Positions 1-10,591 of a stretch of 64,000 bases of DNA are shown here, piece after piece; within the stretch, counting starts at the first letter, position 1; every line of letters starts with the position of its first letter. Location of the stretch: the IMG/VR virus record IMGVR_UViG_3300001580_000011, positions 34,257 through 98,256 of that record; one strand, 5' to 3'. The notes beneath the pieces were generated by a model, which was given only the letters and a program-made list of their open reading frames with translations, was not told the origin of the DNA and searched no databases. This DNA is from a virus (taxonomy: Duplodnaviria > Caudoviricetes). Position numbers and translations under genes: made by a program.

Positions 1-536
1 CTCATTAACAATAACCCCCTTGTAGCAAGCTCGGGCATCATATACATATTCCAACCTAACATATCGAAGTTGTCATCGTGATACGAACATTCCCTTCTAC
101 CGGAGTTTCGTGATCTCTTGAACCAGAGATATGCCTTGTAATCGTCTGTCAGGATGGCACCACCTTTACTCAATTTGAAGTGCTTATATGGTCCGGTGAA
201 TGATATACACATATGGGTATTTGAAATATACATATCATAAGTGAACCTCAATGCTGAATCCCATACCTTTGTCGGTTCCAATTGGTATGCCCCTTTCAGT
301 GTCACGCCTTCCATTGGCCGAAATTTTACCTTTCCTCCGGCGTGAATGATCTCACAGGGAACAGATGGATATGTTCGGGCGGGAATGGTTATCTCTTTTC
401 CTTTTATATTCTCATACATAAGAGATAAAAATAAAGCATTACTTTGATTATCCAGACATACAACATATGGTGCTCTGGTGTAATCTGATAACTCTTTTTC
501 AAATTGCTCTGTTATTTTGTGAACACCCTCTGCCAT
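1..536 (-). CDS. DegT/DnrJ/EryC1/StrS family PLP-dependent sugar aminotransferase (3'-truncated by window)
   Basis: Manual translation from ATG at 536: MAEGVHKITEQFEKELSDY...NALFLSL...ITIPARTYPSV...WDSA...SFTGPYKHFKLSKGGAILTDD, matching DegT-family motifs. Confidence 0.85.
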   Translation of the reverse strand, partial: MAEGVHKITEQFEKELSDYTRAPYVVCLDNQSNALFLSLMYENIKGKEITIPARTYPSVPCEIIHAGGKVKFRPMEGVTLKGAYQLEPTKVWDSALRFTYDMYISNTHMCISFTGPYKHFKLSKGGAILTDDYKAYLWFKRSRNSGRRECSYHDDNFDMLGWNMYMMPELATRGLLLM

Positions 537-611
537 TACCTATACCATGTACCCAAAATAATTTTTATTTTTGAACTTCTTTTCAACTCTTCGATTTCAT
601 GAAAATGATAT

Positions 612-716
612 TCAATCACTTATTGTAACCCCTTTTGGATTATATTCAAGTCTCTGACAACGATATCCTTTATGACGTTTTCTTTTTATTATATTGGTTA
701 TTTTGTAGATGTTCAT
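612..716 (-). pseudogene. Probable remnant of a GIY-YIG homing endonuclease
   Basis: MNIYKITNII resembles a GIY-YIG N-terminus joined directly to a NUMOD1-like KRKRHKGYRC; only 34 codons. Confidence 0.35.
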
Positions 717-720
717 AATG

Positions 721-1515
721 TCAATCCGAAGTAGGAACGCCAAAAAATTCACATTTACTTCCACAGAAAGGCAATTCTTTTCTCTTTCCTTCAATATGTT
801 TTCTCAACATTTCCTGTCTCTTTTCACCGTTCCACATTGCTTCTAATTCAGTGTCAACAATATTTCCCAAAACTAATTCACCTTCTGGATCAAATCTTAC
901 GCATACAGAAACATTCCCGAAACGATCAATAGCCAATCGGTTCAACAAATCCAGACACACACCGTGCTCGGGTATTGTGGGTGATTTGCGATATCCTATA
1001 GACCCTTTGGGTTGGTGAATTGTTCGATATACCTTTGTTACGTCAATGTCTTTATAACGCTCAACGTCTGCTTTACCCACGAAACGAAGATTGAGATAAG
1101 GACGTTTATCGCCTTTCATAACCAAAAAATCAACTATTTCATCATACTGTTGGTTGGCAACTTCTGGTATTTCATTTTCAATAATAGAAACAGAAACAAT
1201 ATCGAGGTTGTCGATGATTTCATTTGCCTTTTTTGCAAGCAATAAACCATTGGTAACAAAATATGTTGTCTGATTTTCAAATAATTGGAGGGCTTCACCA
1301 AGACGGGGATACATCATTGGTTCACCGTTATTATGAAGGGCAACTACAATACCGGAAGGTAATTCATCGGCAATCAAGAAAAGTAGATCAAAATCAATAT
1401 CACCATAATTCTGATCACCATATAACTTTTCTCTTTCCCTACGACCACAAAAACTACACTTTTTATTGCAGCGGGATGTAAGCTCACAATTAACAACAGC
1501 CAAACCGTTCATCAT
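721..1515 (-). CDS. Radical SAM/SPASM domain protein
   Basis: CNKKCSFC (CxxxCxxC), GEPMM, TNG and a C-terminal SPASM-like C..G.V..C..LGNI..W..C..C. Confidence 0.9.
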   Translation of the reverse strand: MMNGLAVVNCELTSRCNKKCSFCGRREREKLYGDQNYGDIDFDLLFLIADELPSGIVVALHNNGEPMMYPRLGEALQLFENQTTYFVTNGLLLAKKANEIIDNLDIVSVSIIENEIPEVANQQYDEIVDFLVMKGDKRPYLNLRFVGKADVERYKDIDVTKVYRTIHQPKGSIGYRKSPTIPEHGVCLDLLNRLAIDRFGNVSVCVRFDPEGELVLGNIVDTELEAMWNGEKRQEMLRKHIEGKRKELPFCGSKCEFFGVPTSD

Positions 1516-1772
1516 AAAAGCACCTTCTTTAATAAAACATAACCTTTATTTTTTCCATATTTTAAGAAAATTATCCTCATTGAATGATAGCTCGTTTTTT
1601 TATCAAGACACCAGTATTTTAAACTTGATACTTTTTCTATTTTGTTTTCTGGTGTTTTTATGTACCAAATATATTTTGATGTGCCTTCCATTCTTTTTCT
1701 ATTTACTTCATCATTATAACGGCCTTTTGTCATATTGACTTGTCCCAATCCGGCAAAATAATTGTTATTCAT
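1512..1772 (-). CDS. Hypothetical protein, possibly a homing endonuclease DNA-binding remnant
   Basis: 86 aa ORF overlapping both neighbours by 4 bp. Confidence 0.45.
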   Translation of the reverse strand: MNNNYFAGLGQVNMTKGRYNDEVNRKRMEGTSKYIWYIKTPENKIEKVSSLKYWCLDKKTSYHSMRIIFLKYGKNKGYVLLKKVLL

Positions 1773-2320
1773 TTCTTATCCCTAAACACTAAGAGCCAAG
1801 ATTTTCTCCATTCTTCTTTGTAAAAACTATTAAAATATTTTGCATATTCCGATATTTCATCGACATTTGGTTGATGTTTGTCAATAATATTTTTTTCACT
1901 AAGGCGAACAACTCTCGGAAAGGATATTAATAATATACCTCCGGTATCTAAAACAGAAATAAAATCATCCATAACCCTTTTTGATGTTTCGTATGTAAGA
2001 TGTTCTAAAGTTTCGATTGATAGAACAACTGATACTTTTGAAATATAATCTTTTATACTTTCTTTTTCTAAATCTATACAAATAACTTTTCTGCCATCAT
2101 TTTTCAATCTTTGAAGTTTTGTCGGGTCAATGTCAACAGCTATATAATTTCCTTCCCTGATACTTCTTCCGGTTCTTGAATTAAAAAAATAATCGGCCAC
2201 CATATAACCATCACCGGAAGCACAATCCAACCAAGTAGTATATTTACCGTAGAATTTATTCGGAATAAATTTTACCAAATGTTCCGGTTTTGAATTTTTC
2301 TTTTCTGATCTATCAACCAT
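1769..2320 (-). CDS. Class I SAM-dependent methyltransferase
   Basis: LDCASGDG motif I, AVDID, ETLEHL, GGILLISFP. Confidence 0.85.
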   Translation of the reverse strand: MVDRSEKKNSKPEHLVKFIPNKFYGKYTTWLDCASGDGYMVADYFFNSRTGRSIREGNYIAVDIDPTKLQRLKNDGRKVICIDLEKESIKDYISKVSVVLSIETLEHLTYETSKRVMDDFISVLDTGGILLISFPRVVRLSEKNIIDKHQPNVDEISEYAKYFNSFYKEEWRKSWLLVFRDKK

Positions 2321-2984
2321 TTCCTTTTATTCCCTTCAATATATATTCAACGTGCCTCATATCAGCCATATCATCAATTTCAAATGAAGCCCAAAATGGA
2401 ATATCAACATATCCTATTTTACCACTAAGGCGACAACCTGATTTCAGATATGCTTCTCTGGTGGTAATATAAAAAGCACCAGTTTCAATAATATATTTAT
2501 CCTTTCTGTCCTGCCTAATTCCTCGATTTTGTAAAGAATAATTTACTGGGGACATATTCTCTTTATCCCAAAATAAAAGGTCGTTACCTTCCATGCTCAT
2601 GCCAGAAAAAACAGCATCACATTCTCCTGTAATAATTCTAGCGATACCCCGATTGATCCATACCGACTTTGTAAGTGGTGATGTAGGAGAAAGCAAAACA
2701 AGGATATCGTATTCGATATTGTCGGTGAAATGATTGATTACTTCTTCAATGGATGATGTATCACCCGCCAATTCTATTGGCCTGTCAATAACATTTACAC
2801 CCCAGCTTTTGGCGTGTTCAGCTATCACCGCATCTTCTGTGCTAACCCACGTTTCGGCCATAAAACATTGTTTACCTGTTTGGACAGCATACCATAATAA
2901 AGGTTTCCCGTTCAATGGATGAAGATTTTTTCGTGGTATACCTTTTGACCCACCTCTGGCCGGTATAAGAATTACTGATTTCAT
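2313..2984 (-). CDS. neuA: Acylneuraminate (CMP-sialic acid/nonulosonate) cytidylyltransferase
   Basis: IPARGGSKGIPRKN, VSTED, PTSPL, RQD, ETGAFY, EIDD. Confidence 0.92.
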   Translation of the reverse strand: MKSVILIPARGGSKGIPRKNLHPLNGKPLLWYAVQTGKQCFMAETWVSTEDAVIAEHAKSWGVNVIDRPIELAGDTSSIEEVINHFTDNIEYDILVLLSPTSPLTKSVWINRGIARIITGECDAVFSGMSMEGNDLLFWDKENMSPVNYSLQNRGIRQDRKDKYIIETGAFYITTREAYLKSGCRLSGKIGYVDIPFWASFEIDDMADMRHVEYILKGIKGNG

Positions 2985-3694
2985 TTACTCATTTTCTCCA
3001 ATTTCTTTTCATATTTTTTTATTCTCATATCTTTACCAGTTGTTCCTCTACCTTCTAATCCAGATTTATGTGCACTCCAAAAGTAAGAATTGTTTTTTTC
3101 CGCCGGATCAAGATAACGATAATCAAGATTTTTCCATTTTAAATCATACTTATTCATATACTTTATTACATACTGATAAAACGAAGGTTGATCCTTATCG
3201 TAAAAAAACTCACCATTCAATAGATAATCATTCCATTCATTAAGAAAATTCTCCGTCAATCTATTTGACCTTAGGGCAATAAAACCTCCAGCGACTTTTA
3301 ATTTTTCTTTTATCATATATCCCGCTATATCAAAATCACCATCTGTAATCTCATTTGGTAATGGCTGAACCAATATCATATCAGTATCCACCATAATATA
3401 AATATCCGACTCAATTGCATCTAATGTTCGAAGGAAAAAAAGTGCTTTAGATTCTATAATTCTCCAAGAAATCTCTGCCTTTTCCATTGGTTCGATATCA
3501 TAATAATCTATAGTATACTTATCCTTTAATATTTCTCTAATTTGAAAGTCACTTACACCATTATTATCCATATTCACTAAATGTAATGATATATAAGCAT
3601 CTGGATGAAAAAGTTTAATAGATGGTATCAAAACTTTGGCCCACGGTAGATAATCTTCATTAAAATATAAAATAAAACATAGACTTTTTTTCAT
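2981..3694 (-). CDS. GT-A fold nucleotide-diphospho-sugar transferase
   Basis: MVDTDM (DxD), AGGFIAL, DQ motif. Confidence 0.7.
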   Translation of the reverse strand: MKKSLCFILYFNEDYLPWAKVLIPSIKLFHPDAYISLHLVNMDNNGVSDFQIREILKDKYTIDYYDIEPMEKAEISWRIIESKALFFLRTLDAIESDIYIMVDTDMILVQPLPNEITDGDFDIAGYMIKEKLKVAGGFIALRSNRLTENFLNEWNDYLLNGEFFYDKDQPSFYQYVIKYMNKYDLKWKNLDYRYLDPAEKNNSYFWSAHKSGLEGRGTTGKDMRIKKYEKKLEKMSK

Positions 3695-4629
3695 ATAACT
3701 AACTTAAAAAAATTAAAATATTGTTCAGAAACTTCTTCTATTTTTAACAATTCTGGCATTTTTACCCTATATCTATGTAAATCAATTTTTGCCATACATT
3801 TAGTTATTTTTCTTATACTATCAAGTCGATTCCAATTCTCCGATAAAGGATCGACAGGCTCCATATTATCATCTTCTGGAAAAGTATAACACCCATAGGT
3901 CATAGAACATATTTCTGATGCACCACCACAGGCTTTTGTAGTTATAACAGGTATACCCATCCCTATTGATTCTACAACAAAATTAGAGCACGCGTCCCTC
4001 TTATTAAAATATAAAGCGAGATTAGCCATCCTCATCGCCGAAATAAAAAGGGGATTGTTGTGGGCCAAAGGACCATAATATATTATATTTGGATGTGATA
4101 CTTCAACATTATTTCTCAAATCGCCTATAACATGAAGAAAGGAATCTGGATTGGAAGAATGATAATCTAAAAAAATTGATATAATTTCTGGAAGTCTTTT
4201 CATTCTTGACCAATTTGCCACAGTGATTATATTGAAGGGGTCCGCTGGGTCGTGTTTACCACACCAAAATTCATCAATACCATTATAAATTATTGTTGAT
4301 ATGGCGCCTTCCTTTTTTTCGGTAAGATACTTTTCACATAAAACCTTCGCATAATTACTTTGATAAATGATACCATCGGCTCTACTATGTGCATCACTAA
4401 TAGTTTTATTTCTATCTTGATGTATACCGACATCATAATATGCTTGATCGAGCCTCAATACTATTGGTAAATCTGTTTCCTCTGAAATCCTGGCTGTGGC
4501 AATATATAAATCACATTTTTCTTGTGATTCCGTTTTTACCTTACATCCCATTTTTTTCCAATAAGGTAACATTCTTTTATAAAGAATATGTTTACCAATT
4601 TTTCCCGTTGTTTGTAAATACACCTTCAT
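3691..4629 (-). CDS. GT4-like (GT-B) glycosyltransferase
   Basis: ADGIIYQSN, IIYNGID, K-R-L, DACSNFVVESIGMGIPVITT; paralog of 4626..5561. Confidence 0.88.
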   Translation of the reverse strand: MKVYLQTTGKIGKHILYKRMLPYWKKMGCKVKTESQEKCDLYIATARISEETDLPIVLRLDQAYYDVGIHQDRNKTISDAHSRADGIIYQSNYAKVLCEKYLTEKKEGAISTIIYNGIDEFWCGKHDPADPFNIITVANWSRMKRLPEIISIFLDYHSSNPDSFLHVIGDLRNNVEVSHPNIIYYGPLAHNNPLFISAMRMANLALYFNKRDACSNFVVESIGMGIPVITTKACGGASEICSMTYGCYTFPEDDNMEPVDPLSENWNRLDSIRKITKCMAKIDLHRYRVKMPELLKIEEVSEQYFNFFKLVI

Positions 4630-5561
4630 ATGAGTGATTTAAATACCTCCAAATATCTTACAGCTTGTTCTTCCGAAGTAAGAACCTGTGGAAGATTTAC
4701 TCTTGGTTTTTCTTTTGTAATCTGTATCATAGCATTCAACAGACCTTCTTGAACCTTTGGTGATATCACATTGTAACTGTCACGGTATGGATAGCAAGGT
4801 TCAATACTCTTGTCCTCACCAGGCACAATGATACACCCTTCTGTCATCTGACACATTTCCGTAGAACCGCCACAGGCATCTGTAGTAATAACAGGTAAAC
4901 CTGCACCAATAGCCTCTACAACAGAGTTTGGGCAGGAATCTTTCTTAGAAAGATGGATAGTAAAATCGGCTATACTATGATGGTAGGCGAAATCCTTACG
5001 ATCAACGTGACCATAATAAAGAATGTTTGGATGTTTTACTGGAACGTTATCGTGGAGCTTACCAAAAATATGAAGGGTTGCCTTTGGAAAATGTTTAACA
5101 TACTCTCTGAACAGGTCAATCGTTTCCTTGAGTCTCTTGTGTCGCCTCCATTTAGCCGATACGATGATATGTTCTCCGGCAATTTTCTTGTGAGGTCCAC
5201 ACCAATCTTTATCTACACCGTTATAGATAACAAATTTTTTGGCTGATTTTTTGGAAGGGGCGAGATATTTCTCACACATTTGTTTTGATGAATTACTCTG
5301 ATAAATGATAGCATCGGCTACGGCGTGACCGTGACTGATACCGGAATTTCGAGCATTATAATTGGTATCTGCATCATAATAAATTGAATCCAATCTCAAA
5401 ACAATTGGTAATCCTGCCCCTTTCGTTATATGAACAAAAGCCAAATGAATATCACATCCACGATGATCGTAAAATTGAACAGACACACCCATTTTTTTCC
5501 AATGAGGCGCCATTCTTTCGGTTACTATATGACCCTCACCATTTTGTATAAATATTCTCAT
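4626..5561 (-). CDS. GT4-like (GT-B) glycosyltransferase
   Basis: ADAIIYQSN, VIYNGVD, DSCPNSVVEAIGAGLPVITT. Confidence 0.88.
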   Translation of the reverse strand: MRIFIQNGEGHIVTERMAPHWKKMGVSVQFYDHRGCDIHLAFVHITKGAGLPIVLRLDSIYYDADTNYNARNSGISHGHAVADAIIYQSNSSKQMCEKYLAPSKKSAKKFVIYNGVDKDWCGPHKKIAGEHIIVSAKWRRHKRLKETIDLFREYVKHFPKATLHIFGKLHDNVPVKHPNILYYGHVDRKDFAYHHSIADFTIHLSKKDSCPNSVVEAIGAGLPVITTDACGGSTEMCQMTEGCIIVPGEDKSIEPCYPYRDSYNVISPKVQEGLLNAMIQITKEKPRVNLPQVLTSEEQAVRYLEVFKSLI

Positions 5562-6432
5562 CTTTATTTCTTCCTAATAATACACCATTTTCTGAATAAC
5601 AATATGTTTCCCCGATTCTTGTAAGAAGTCCCTCCTCACGCCTCTTTTGTGCTCCAATATACATTTGTTTTTTTAATGCCATTACTCTATCTTGATATTT
5701 TTTATCCCTGTCCCGCCAGACATTGGAAATACTTGAGCCATGTTTTCTATAATTATAAAGGTTTTGTGGTAAATAATAAAGATCACCAACTTCTTCCAGT
5801 TTCAATATAACATCCTTGTCAACCGCTTTCAGTAAGCGATGATCAAGCCCAATTGTCATATCGTAAAACCCTCTCTTGAATGTCTTGAGATGGCTTATAT
5901 TTATATTACTTCCAGTATATCCCCTTTTTTTATAGTCGTAAACACCTAAAAGAGATTCATTTTCTGTTAAATTCCTGCTTTTTATAATTATTTTGCCCGG
6001 AATTTCACAATAGTTACTATAAGTCATTGATACATTCGGAAGCTCTTTATGTTTTTTAACACAGATATCAAGAACATCACTATTACTGAACAAATCATCT
6101 GAATCAAGAATGGCAATAAGCTCACCTTCACCAGATTCAATTGCCCATTTCAAAGCCGTTCCGTAACCACTATTAGCATTGGTTTTATACAAAGTACACT
6201 TGTCTTTGATATCCCATTTTTTTACTATACCTTTGATTGTTTCGATGGTCTTGTCTTTGGAACAATCGTCTATGATATAGATGTGCCAGTTTGTATATGT
6301 CTGTGACATAACACTTTCTATGGCATCACGAATAAAATTGCCCGTATTGTAAGCCGCCATGGCAATATCAAATACAGGTTCATCGGAAATCCAAATTAGC
6401 GGTTTACCATCATCACTTGTTCGTAAATGCAT
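5536..6432 (-). CDS. GT2 family glycosyltransferase
   Basis: AAYNTGNFIRDAIESV, IIDDCSKD, ILDSDD, YNYRKH. Confidence 0.9.
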   Translation of the reverse strand: MHLRTSDDGKPLIWISDEPVFDIAMAAYNTGNFIRDAIESVMSQTYTNWHIYIIDDCSKDKTIETIKGIVKKWDIKDKCTLYKTNANSGYGTALKWAIESGEGELIAILDSDDLFSNSDVLDICVKKHKELPNVSMTYSNYCEIPGKIIIKSRNLTENESLLGVYDYKKRGYTGSNINISHLKTFKRGFYDMTIGLDHRLLKAVDKDVILKLEEVGDLYYLPQNLYNYRKHGSSISNVWRDRDKKYQDRVMALKKQMYIGAQKRREEGLLTRIGETYCYSENGVLLGRNKDENIYTKW

Positions 6433-7369
6433 AGGGTGTTACTCCCGTCTCTTTTGTGTTTTTATCCCACTTTTTTATTTGTTTGACAATATCGACACCA
6501 ACGTTTTGGCTCCATACCTTCAAGATTTCTTGGGTAATGTTACCAATCTTTCCCTTACCAATAGGAATACCGTTAATAGATGTTACAGGTAATACACAGA
6601 ACGGTGTCCCTGTATAGAAGGCTTCATCTGCATTGATTACATCGTATATCTCTATATTTTTTTCACAGGACGGTTTAAGAGACATAACGTATTGTCTACT
6701 AATACCTCTCAAGATGTTTCTTGGTTCCGGTGTCATAAGATATCCATCTTTTACAATGAAAAAATTTGACCCGGTGCCTTCAGCGACATATCCGTCCGGG
6801 TCCAATAGAAGTGCCCAATTATTGTTTCCCTTGTATTGAGAAACTTCGATGTTTGCCATCAAATAATGAATACGAGAACGATTTTTTACTTTGGGTTCCA
6901 ACAGATTTGCAGGAATGGTTCTCTGACTTGGAATAACGGCATTTACACCACTATCAAATAACTTACCCATACCCTGAACTGTCCAACGAAGAGGAAAATC
7001 AGCAATGATTACATTAGGACCTTTATTATCTGTATCAATTCCTTGATACAAACCCAACAGGCCCCTTGTAACGTTTATCATTAAGCGATGTTCATCGTCG
7101 TCATTAAAAAGGGGTTCATTCGCTTCGATAGTGTCCAAACAAGATTGGATAACATCCTTACGCGTATAAGGAATATCAATTCTCAAATATTTTGCTGATT
7201 GGAATAACCTATCAATATGTTCTGCAAGTTTAAATTGAATTTTATTGAAACTTCGCAGCATTTCGAATACCATTGAGCCGAAGATTAACGCTTCATCGTA
7301 TATGCTAATCCGGGCTTCTTTTTCCGGTATCAAATTACCATTCCACCATACCATTCTACCCACTGACAT
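6413..7369 (-). CDS. Class IV PLP aminotransferase (branched-chain/D-amino acid type)
   Basis: VFEMLR, HIDRL, K..SRIHY, EGTGSNFF, ILRGISR, ADEAFYTGT. Confidence 0.9.
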   Translation of the reverse strand: MSVGRMVWWNGNLIPEKEARISIYDEALIFGSMVFEMLRSFNKIQFKLAEHIDRLFQSAKYLRIDIPYTRKDVIQSCLDTIEANEPLFNDDDEHRLMINVTRGLLGLYQGIDTDNKGPNVIIADFPLRWTVQGMGKLFDSGVNAVIPSQRTIPANLLEPKVKNRSRIHYLMANIEVSQYKGNNNWALLLDPDGYVAEGTGSNFFIVKDGYLMTPEPRNILRGISRQYVMSLKPSCEKNIEIYDVINADEAFYTGTPFCVLPVTSINGIPIGKGKIGNITQEILKVWSQNVGVDIVKQIKKWDKNTKETGVTPYAFTNK

Positions 7370-7391
7370 ATTATAACTCCTTTATATCTTT

Positions 7392-7580
7392 TTACTCTTT
7401 AGCTAAATAATTTTCCGGTATAAGGAAATTTTTACCTTTTCGAGGAAAAAAAACCAATATCCAATTATTTCCTTCTTCTATTATACCACGAATACCAACA
7501 ACCCTTCCACGAAAATTTTTCAAAGGATGTTTATCACTAATTACTATTACCTTTTCGTGTACGTTTATTCTATTTTCCAT
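7392..7580 (-). CDS. Small hypothetical protein (SH3/KOW-like)
   Basis: 62 aa, beta-rich, GRVVGI. Confidence 0.5.
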   Translation of the reverse strand: MENRINVHEKVIVISDKHPLKNFRGRVVGIRGIIEEGNNWILVFFPRKGKNFLIPENYLAKE

Positions 7581-7987
7581 TAACTATCCTTGTGATCAAC
7601 CTTATTTTTTTCACCAAGACCATCTACTATTTTAATATTATACTTATCACAAATTTCCTTTTCAGGAATTTCATTTGAAAATCTATCACCACCTTTAGCA
7701 AAAATTAATTGTTCTTTTGATAATACTTGTACAATAGCTTCCAACGTTTTACTTACCGATAAATCGTTATCTATTTGTTTTACTGCAATATCGACGAATT
7801 TAAGAGATGATACAATCTTTACTCTATCATCTTCATCCATAAAAATACGTCCTTTACTTATAGCACAGGACTTATTTGTATTAACTATTACAAGATGCAT
7901 TTCCCCGAGTTTTTTTGCTAATTCAAGATATTCGATGTGACCAACTTGTAAAGGATCGAAGTGCCCCGACGTGATTACGACTGTCAT
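7580..7987 (-). CDS. Cytidylyltransferase (TagD/RfaE-like, HxGH class)
   Basis: SGHFDPLQVGHIEYL, FAKGGDR; SD GGAGG upstream. Confidence 0.88.
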   Translation of the reverse strand: MTVVITSGHFDPLQVGHIEYLELAKKLGEMHLVIVNTNKSCAISKGRIFMDEDDRVKIVSSLKFVDIAVKQIDNDLSVSKTLEAIVQVLSKEQLIFAKGGDRFSNEIPEKEICDKYNIKIVDGLGEKNKVDHKDS

Positions 7988-8030
7988 TGTGCCTCCATAA
8001 AAAGTATATTTACATCTCTACTATTTATGG

Positions 8031-8210
8031 TCATCCATCCTCCGATTCTATATCGTCCAATTCCTTATCAAACTTCAAATATTCTAACATTTCCTCCATA
8101 TCTTTCATCATTTTCATAAACTCTTTTGACTTCCACCTATTGGTTATACCCATCTTATGGGGTTTACACATAGGGCAGGAATGTCTTTTTTTCTTTAGTC
8201 TTTTTCTCAT
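8031..8210 (-). CDS. Small hypothetical protein (CxxCKPHK motif)
   Basis: Manual translation MRKRLKKKRHSCPMCKPHKMG..., 59 aa, coupled to the upstream stop. Confidence 0.55.
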   Translation of the reverse strand: MRKRLKKKRHSCPMCKPHKMGITNRWKSKEFMKMMKDMEEMLEYLKFDKELDDIESEDG

Positions 8211-8884
8211 TACTCTACCTTGAACAAATCATCTGATAATTGTTTATTGACGATTTTTTTCTCTGGTTTTGGAACAGGACATCCTTCTTTTACCCACCTG
8301 ACAACACATTCATCTTGATAATATAATCTTCTTACGGCTTCTTTTTGCTCTGATGTTATTTCATTGTATTCATTAAATGATATAAAATCTGGCAGTGTTC
8401 TTTCTGCCCGTTCCCATCTCCCATTATATTCATTTATGGCATATGTAATCATATTGAATACACCTTCATTCACAATAATACCAATATTCCCGCAGGCCAT
8501 CATACCCGTATTCATAAAACAAATTTGTAATCTTCTTTCGGTATCAAACCAATGTGTTCCACTATCAGAGGATACTATCTGTATACCATTTGATGCCCGG
8601 TATCTTACGGGTATTTTTGTGCTAATCATCATAGCCATCATTGTTTTGACGGGGTTTTGACAATTCTCATCAAAATATAATGGTTCAGAGTAACTCCATT
8701 TTGTTGCTTCACATTCACAAATTATTTTTTCTCTCGGGGCTGTAACAAGGACAGGTGGTGTAAACTCTGGATTATATGCGTTGAAAATTCTATCATCAAT
8801 TGCCCTTTCATACTCATTTAACACTTCTTCCCATCCCTCTGGCATATTTTCTTTTGACCAATTATACTTTGTATATGTTGACAT
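8210..8884 (-). CDS. Hypothetical protein; distant EQSHR/ASNG-family member with C-terminal tag A
   Basis: YRASNGIQIVS...AINEYN; ends LSDDLFKVE. Confidence 0.7.
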   Translation of the reverse strand: MSTYTKYNWSKENMPEGWEEVLNEYERAIDDRIFNAYNPEFTPPVLVTAPREKIICECEATKWSYSEPLYFDENCQNPVKTMMAMMISTKIPVRYRASNGIQIVSSDSGTHWFDTERRLQICFMNTGMMACGNIGIIVNEGVFNMITYAINEYNGRWERAERTLPDFISFNEYNEITSEQKEAVRRLYYQDECVVRWVKEGCPVPKPEKKIVNKQLSDDLFKVE

Positions 8885-8992
8885 TATCTATACTCCCTTG
8901 CAACAATATCCTTATATGGTTTTTCTTTCTATGGATTTTATTCCAATTTTTCTTTTATAACACTTATTATTTATTTTATTTTTTATAGATGA

Positions 8993-9490
8993 TCATTTAT
9001 ATGTTCGTATCAATAAATCCGATTTCTCCATAATATATTCTGAGGGCCCATCATATCTATCAATAGAGGTAACAACAATTTCTCGTATACCAGAATTTAT
9101 AATGGACGATAAACAGTTTTTACAAGGAATAGAACAGGTTATATACATAGTAGTATCTTTAACACATACACCTATCCTTGCTGCATTTAAGATTGCGTTG
9201 ACTTCAGCGTGTACCGCGATACAGTATTGTAAACCTTCACCTGATTTGAAACCCATTACAAAGCGTGGACATTGGCCATTTTTATCCATAGGTAAGTTAT
9301 AATCTAATGTTTTATCTATCCCCCACCTTTTGTCACAAGTTGGAACGCCTCTTGGAATCCCGTTATACCCTGTAGAAATAATCGACTTGTCTTTGACGAT
9401 GATTGCACCAATCTTTCTTGACATACACTGTGAATTTTCACCTATAGTTTTCGCCACTTTCAAAAAATAACTATCCCAACGTTCCATCAC
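8993..9490 (-). CDS. dCMP deaminase
   Basis: STGYNG, HAEVNAI, PCKNC zinc motifs. Confidence 0.92.
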   Translation of the reverse strand: MMERWDSYFLKVAKTIGENSQCMSRKIGAIIVKDKSIISTGYNGIPRGVPTCDKRWGIDKTLDYNLPMDKNGQCPRFVMGFKSGEGLQYCIAVHAEVNAILNAARIGVCVKDTTMYITCSIPCKNCLSSIINSGIREIVVTSIDRYDGPSEYIMEKSDLLIRTYK

Positions 9491-9790
9491 TTACCACCTT
9501 CTATATCGGATTTTATATCTTTTTCCAGTATATCAATATCTCGATTAAGAATATAACTTATTTCACAGATAACATCGTTCATCATTTTATAAAGAAAATA
9601 TTTTTTCTCTTTATCACTATCCTCTAATAGATTGATGGTATTATATATTGATATTAATTCATTCATTTCTTCTTCTGCATATTTTTTCATACAATCCTCC
9701 ACGCAAAAATATATCCTATGATACAACCACTTTAAGTATACCATAGGATATATTGTTATGAAACTATTGTTTTATCTAACCGAATATTCA

Positions 9791-10591
9791 TCAATCATAC
9801 CGACTAACAACAGACATCGGTTGTGAGTTATAAAAGACATACTTGCAAAGTTTATTGACAGTATCCCGATCAGGTGTATGAGGAAGAACGGAATTTTCAT
9901 ACCATTTCTCAAAAAGTTTATCAAATTCCTCAACTCTCTGCATCAATTCCTCATATGACCATAATCCATTTCTAACCTGTAACAACAAATCTGCATCCGG
10001 TCTTGGAAATGTCATATGTCCGGTAAGAAGAAGCTCCTTACCTTCTGTCATCAACCTGTAAAGGTGCATGGCGTGTTTAGTATCATACCCAAACTTCTGT
10101 TCAAGAGCAAACCTTTTGGGATTACGGTTTTCTTTCCATAACATCCAAGCCTTCAATTCCTCTGTATCAAAAGGTACTTTACCAAGCAACCATTCCCTAT
10201 GGTTCTTCAACCTCTTGAGCTGTGCGTGAGCATAACCTGTGAAGGTATGCTTTGCCTTTGTAGAAAGAAAAGACTTTCTATGAAAAACAACATACTCCCA
10301 TAAGTCGGAAGTTGCAAGCCACATCTTTTTCGGGACAAATAATAATTCTACCATATTTGGATTACTATTTAAACATAATTTGAGAAACTTACGAAATTCA
10401 TAGTAAACTACGTCATTCATCTTATCTTCAAACTGCTCTGGCCCGCTTTCAAGGCCAACCCAGTAATCATCGGGAGACATAAAAACCCCTCGTTCATCAT
10501 AATCCGAATCGGGTGTATTGGTTCCATATAAATGAGAACCAGCAACCGTCCTATATAATAGCACAAAATTTTTTGGTAACGTAACAGTCAT
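9791..10591 (-). CDS. Pol-beta superfamily nucleotidyltransferase (RlaP/YcgL-like)
   Basis: GSHLYGTNTPDSDYDERGV, NPN..ELL, YDTKHAMHLYRL. Confidence 0.85.
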   Translation of the reverse strand: MTVTLPKNFVLLYRTVAGSHLYGTNTPDSDYDERGVFMSPDDYWVGLESGPEQFEDKMNDVVYYEFRKFLKLCLNSNPNMVELLFVPKKMWLATSDLWEYVVFHRKSFLSTKAKHTFTGYAHAQLKRLKNHREWLLGKVPFDTEELKAWMLWKENRNPKRFALEQKFGYDTKHAMHLYRLMTEGKELLLTGHMTFPRPDADLLLQVRNGLWSYEELMQRVEEFDKLFEKWYENSVLPHTPDRDTVNKLCKYVFYNSQPMSVVSRYD

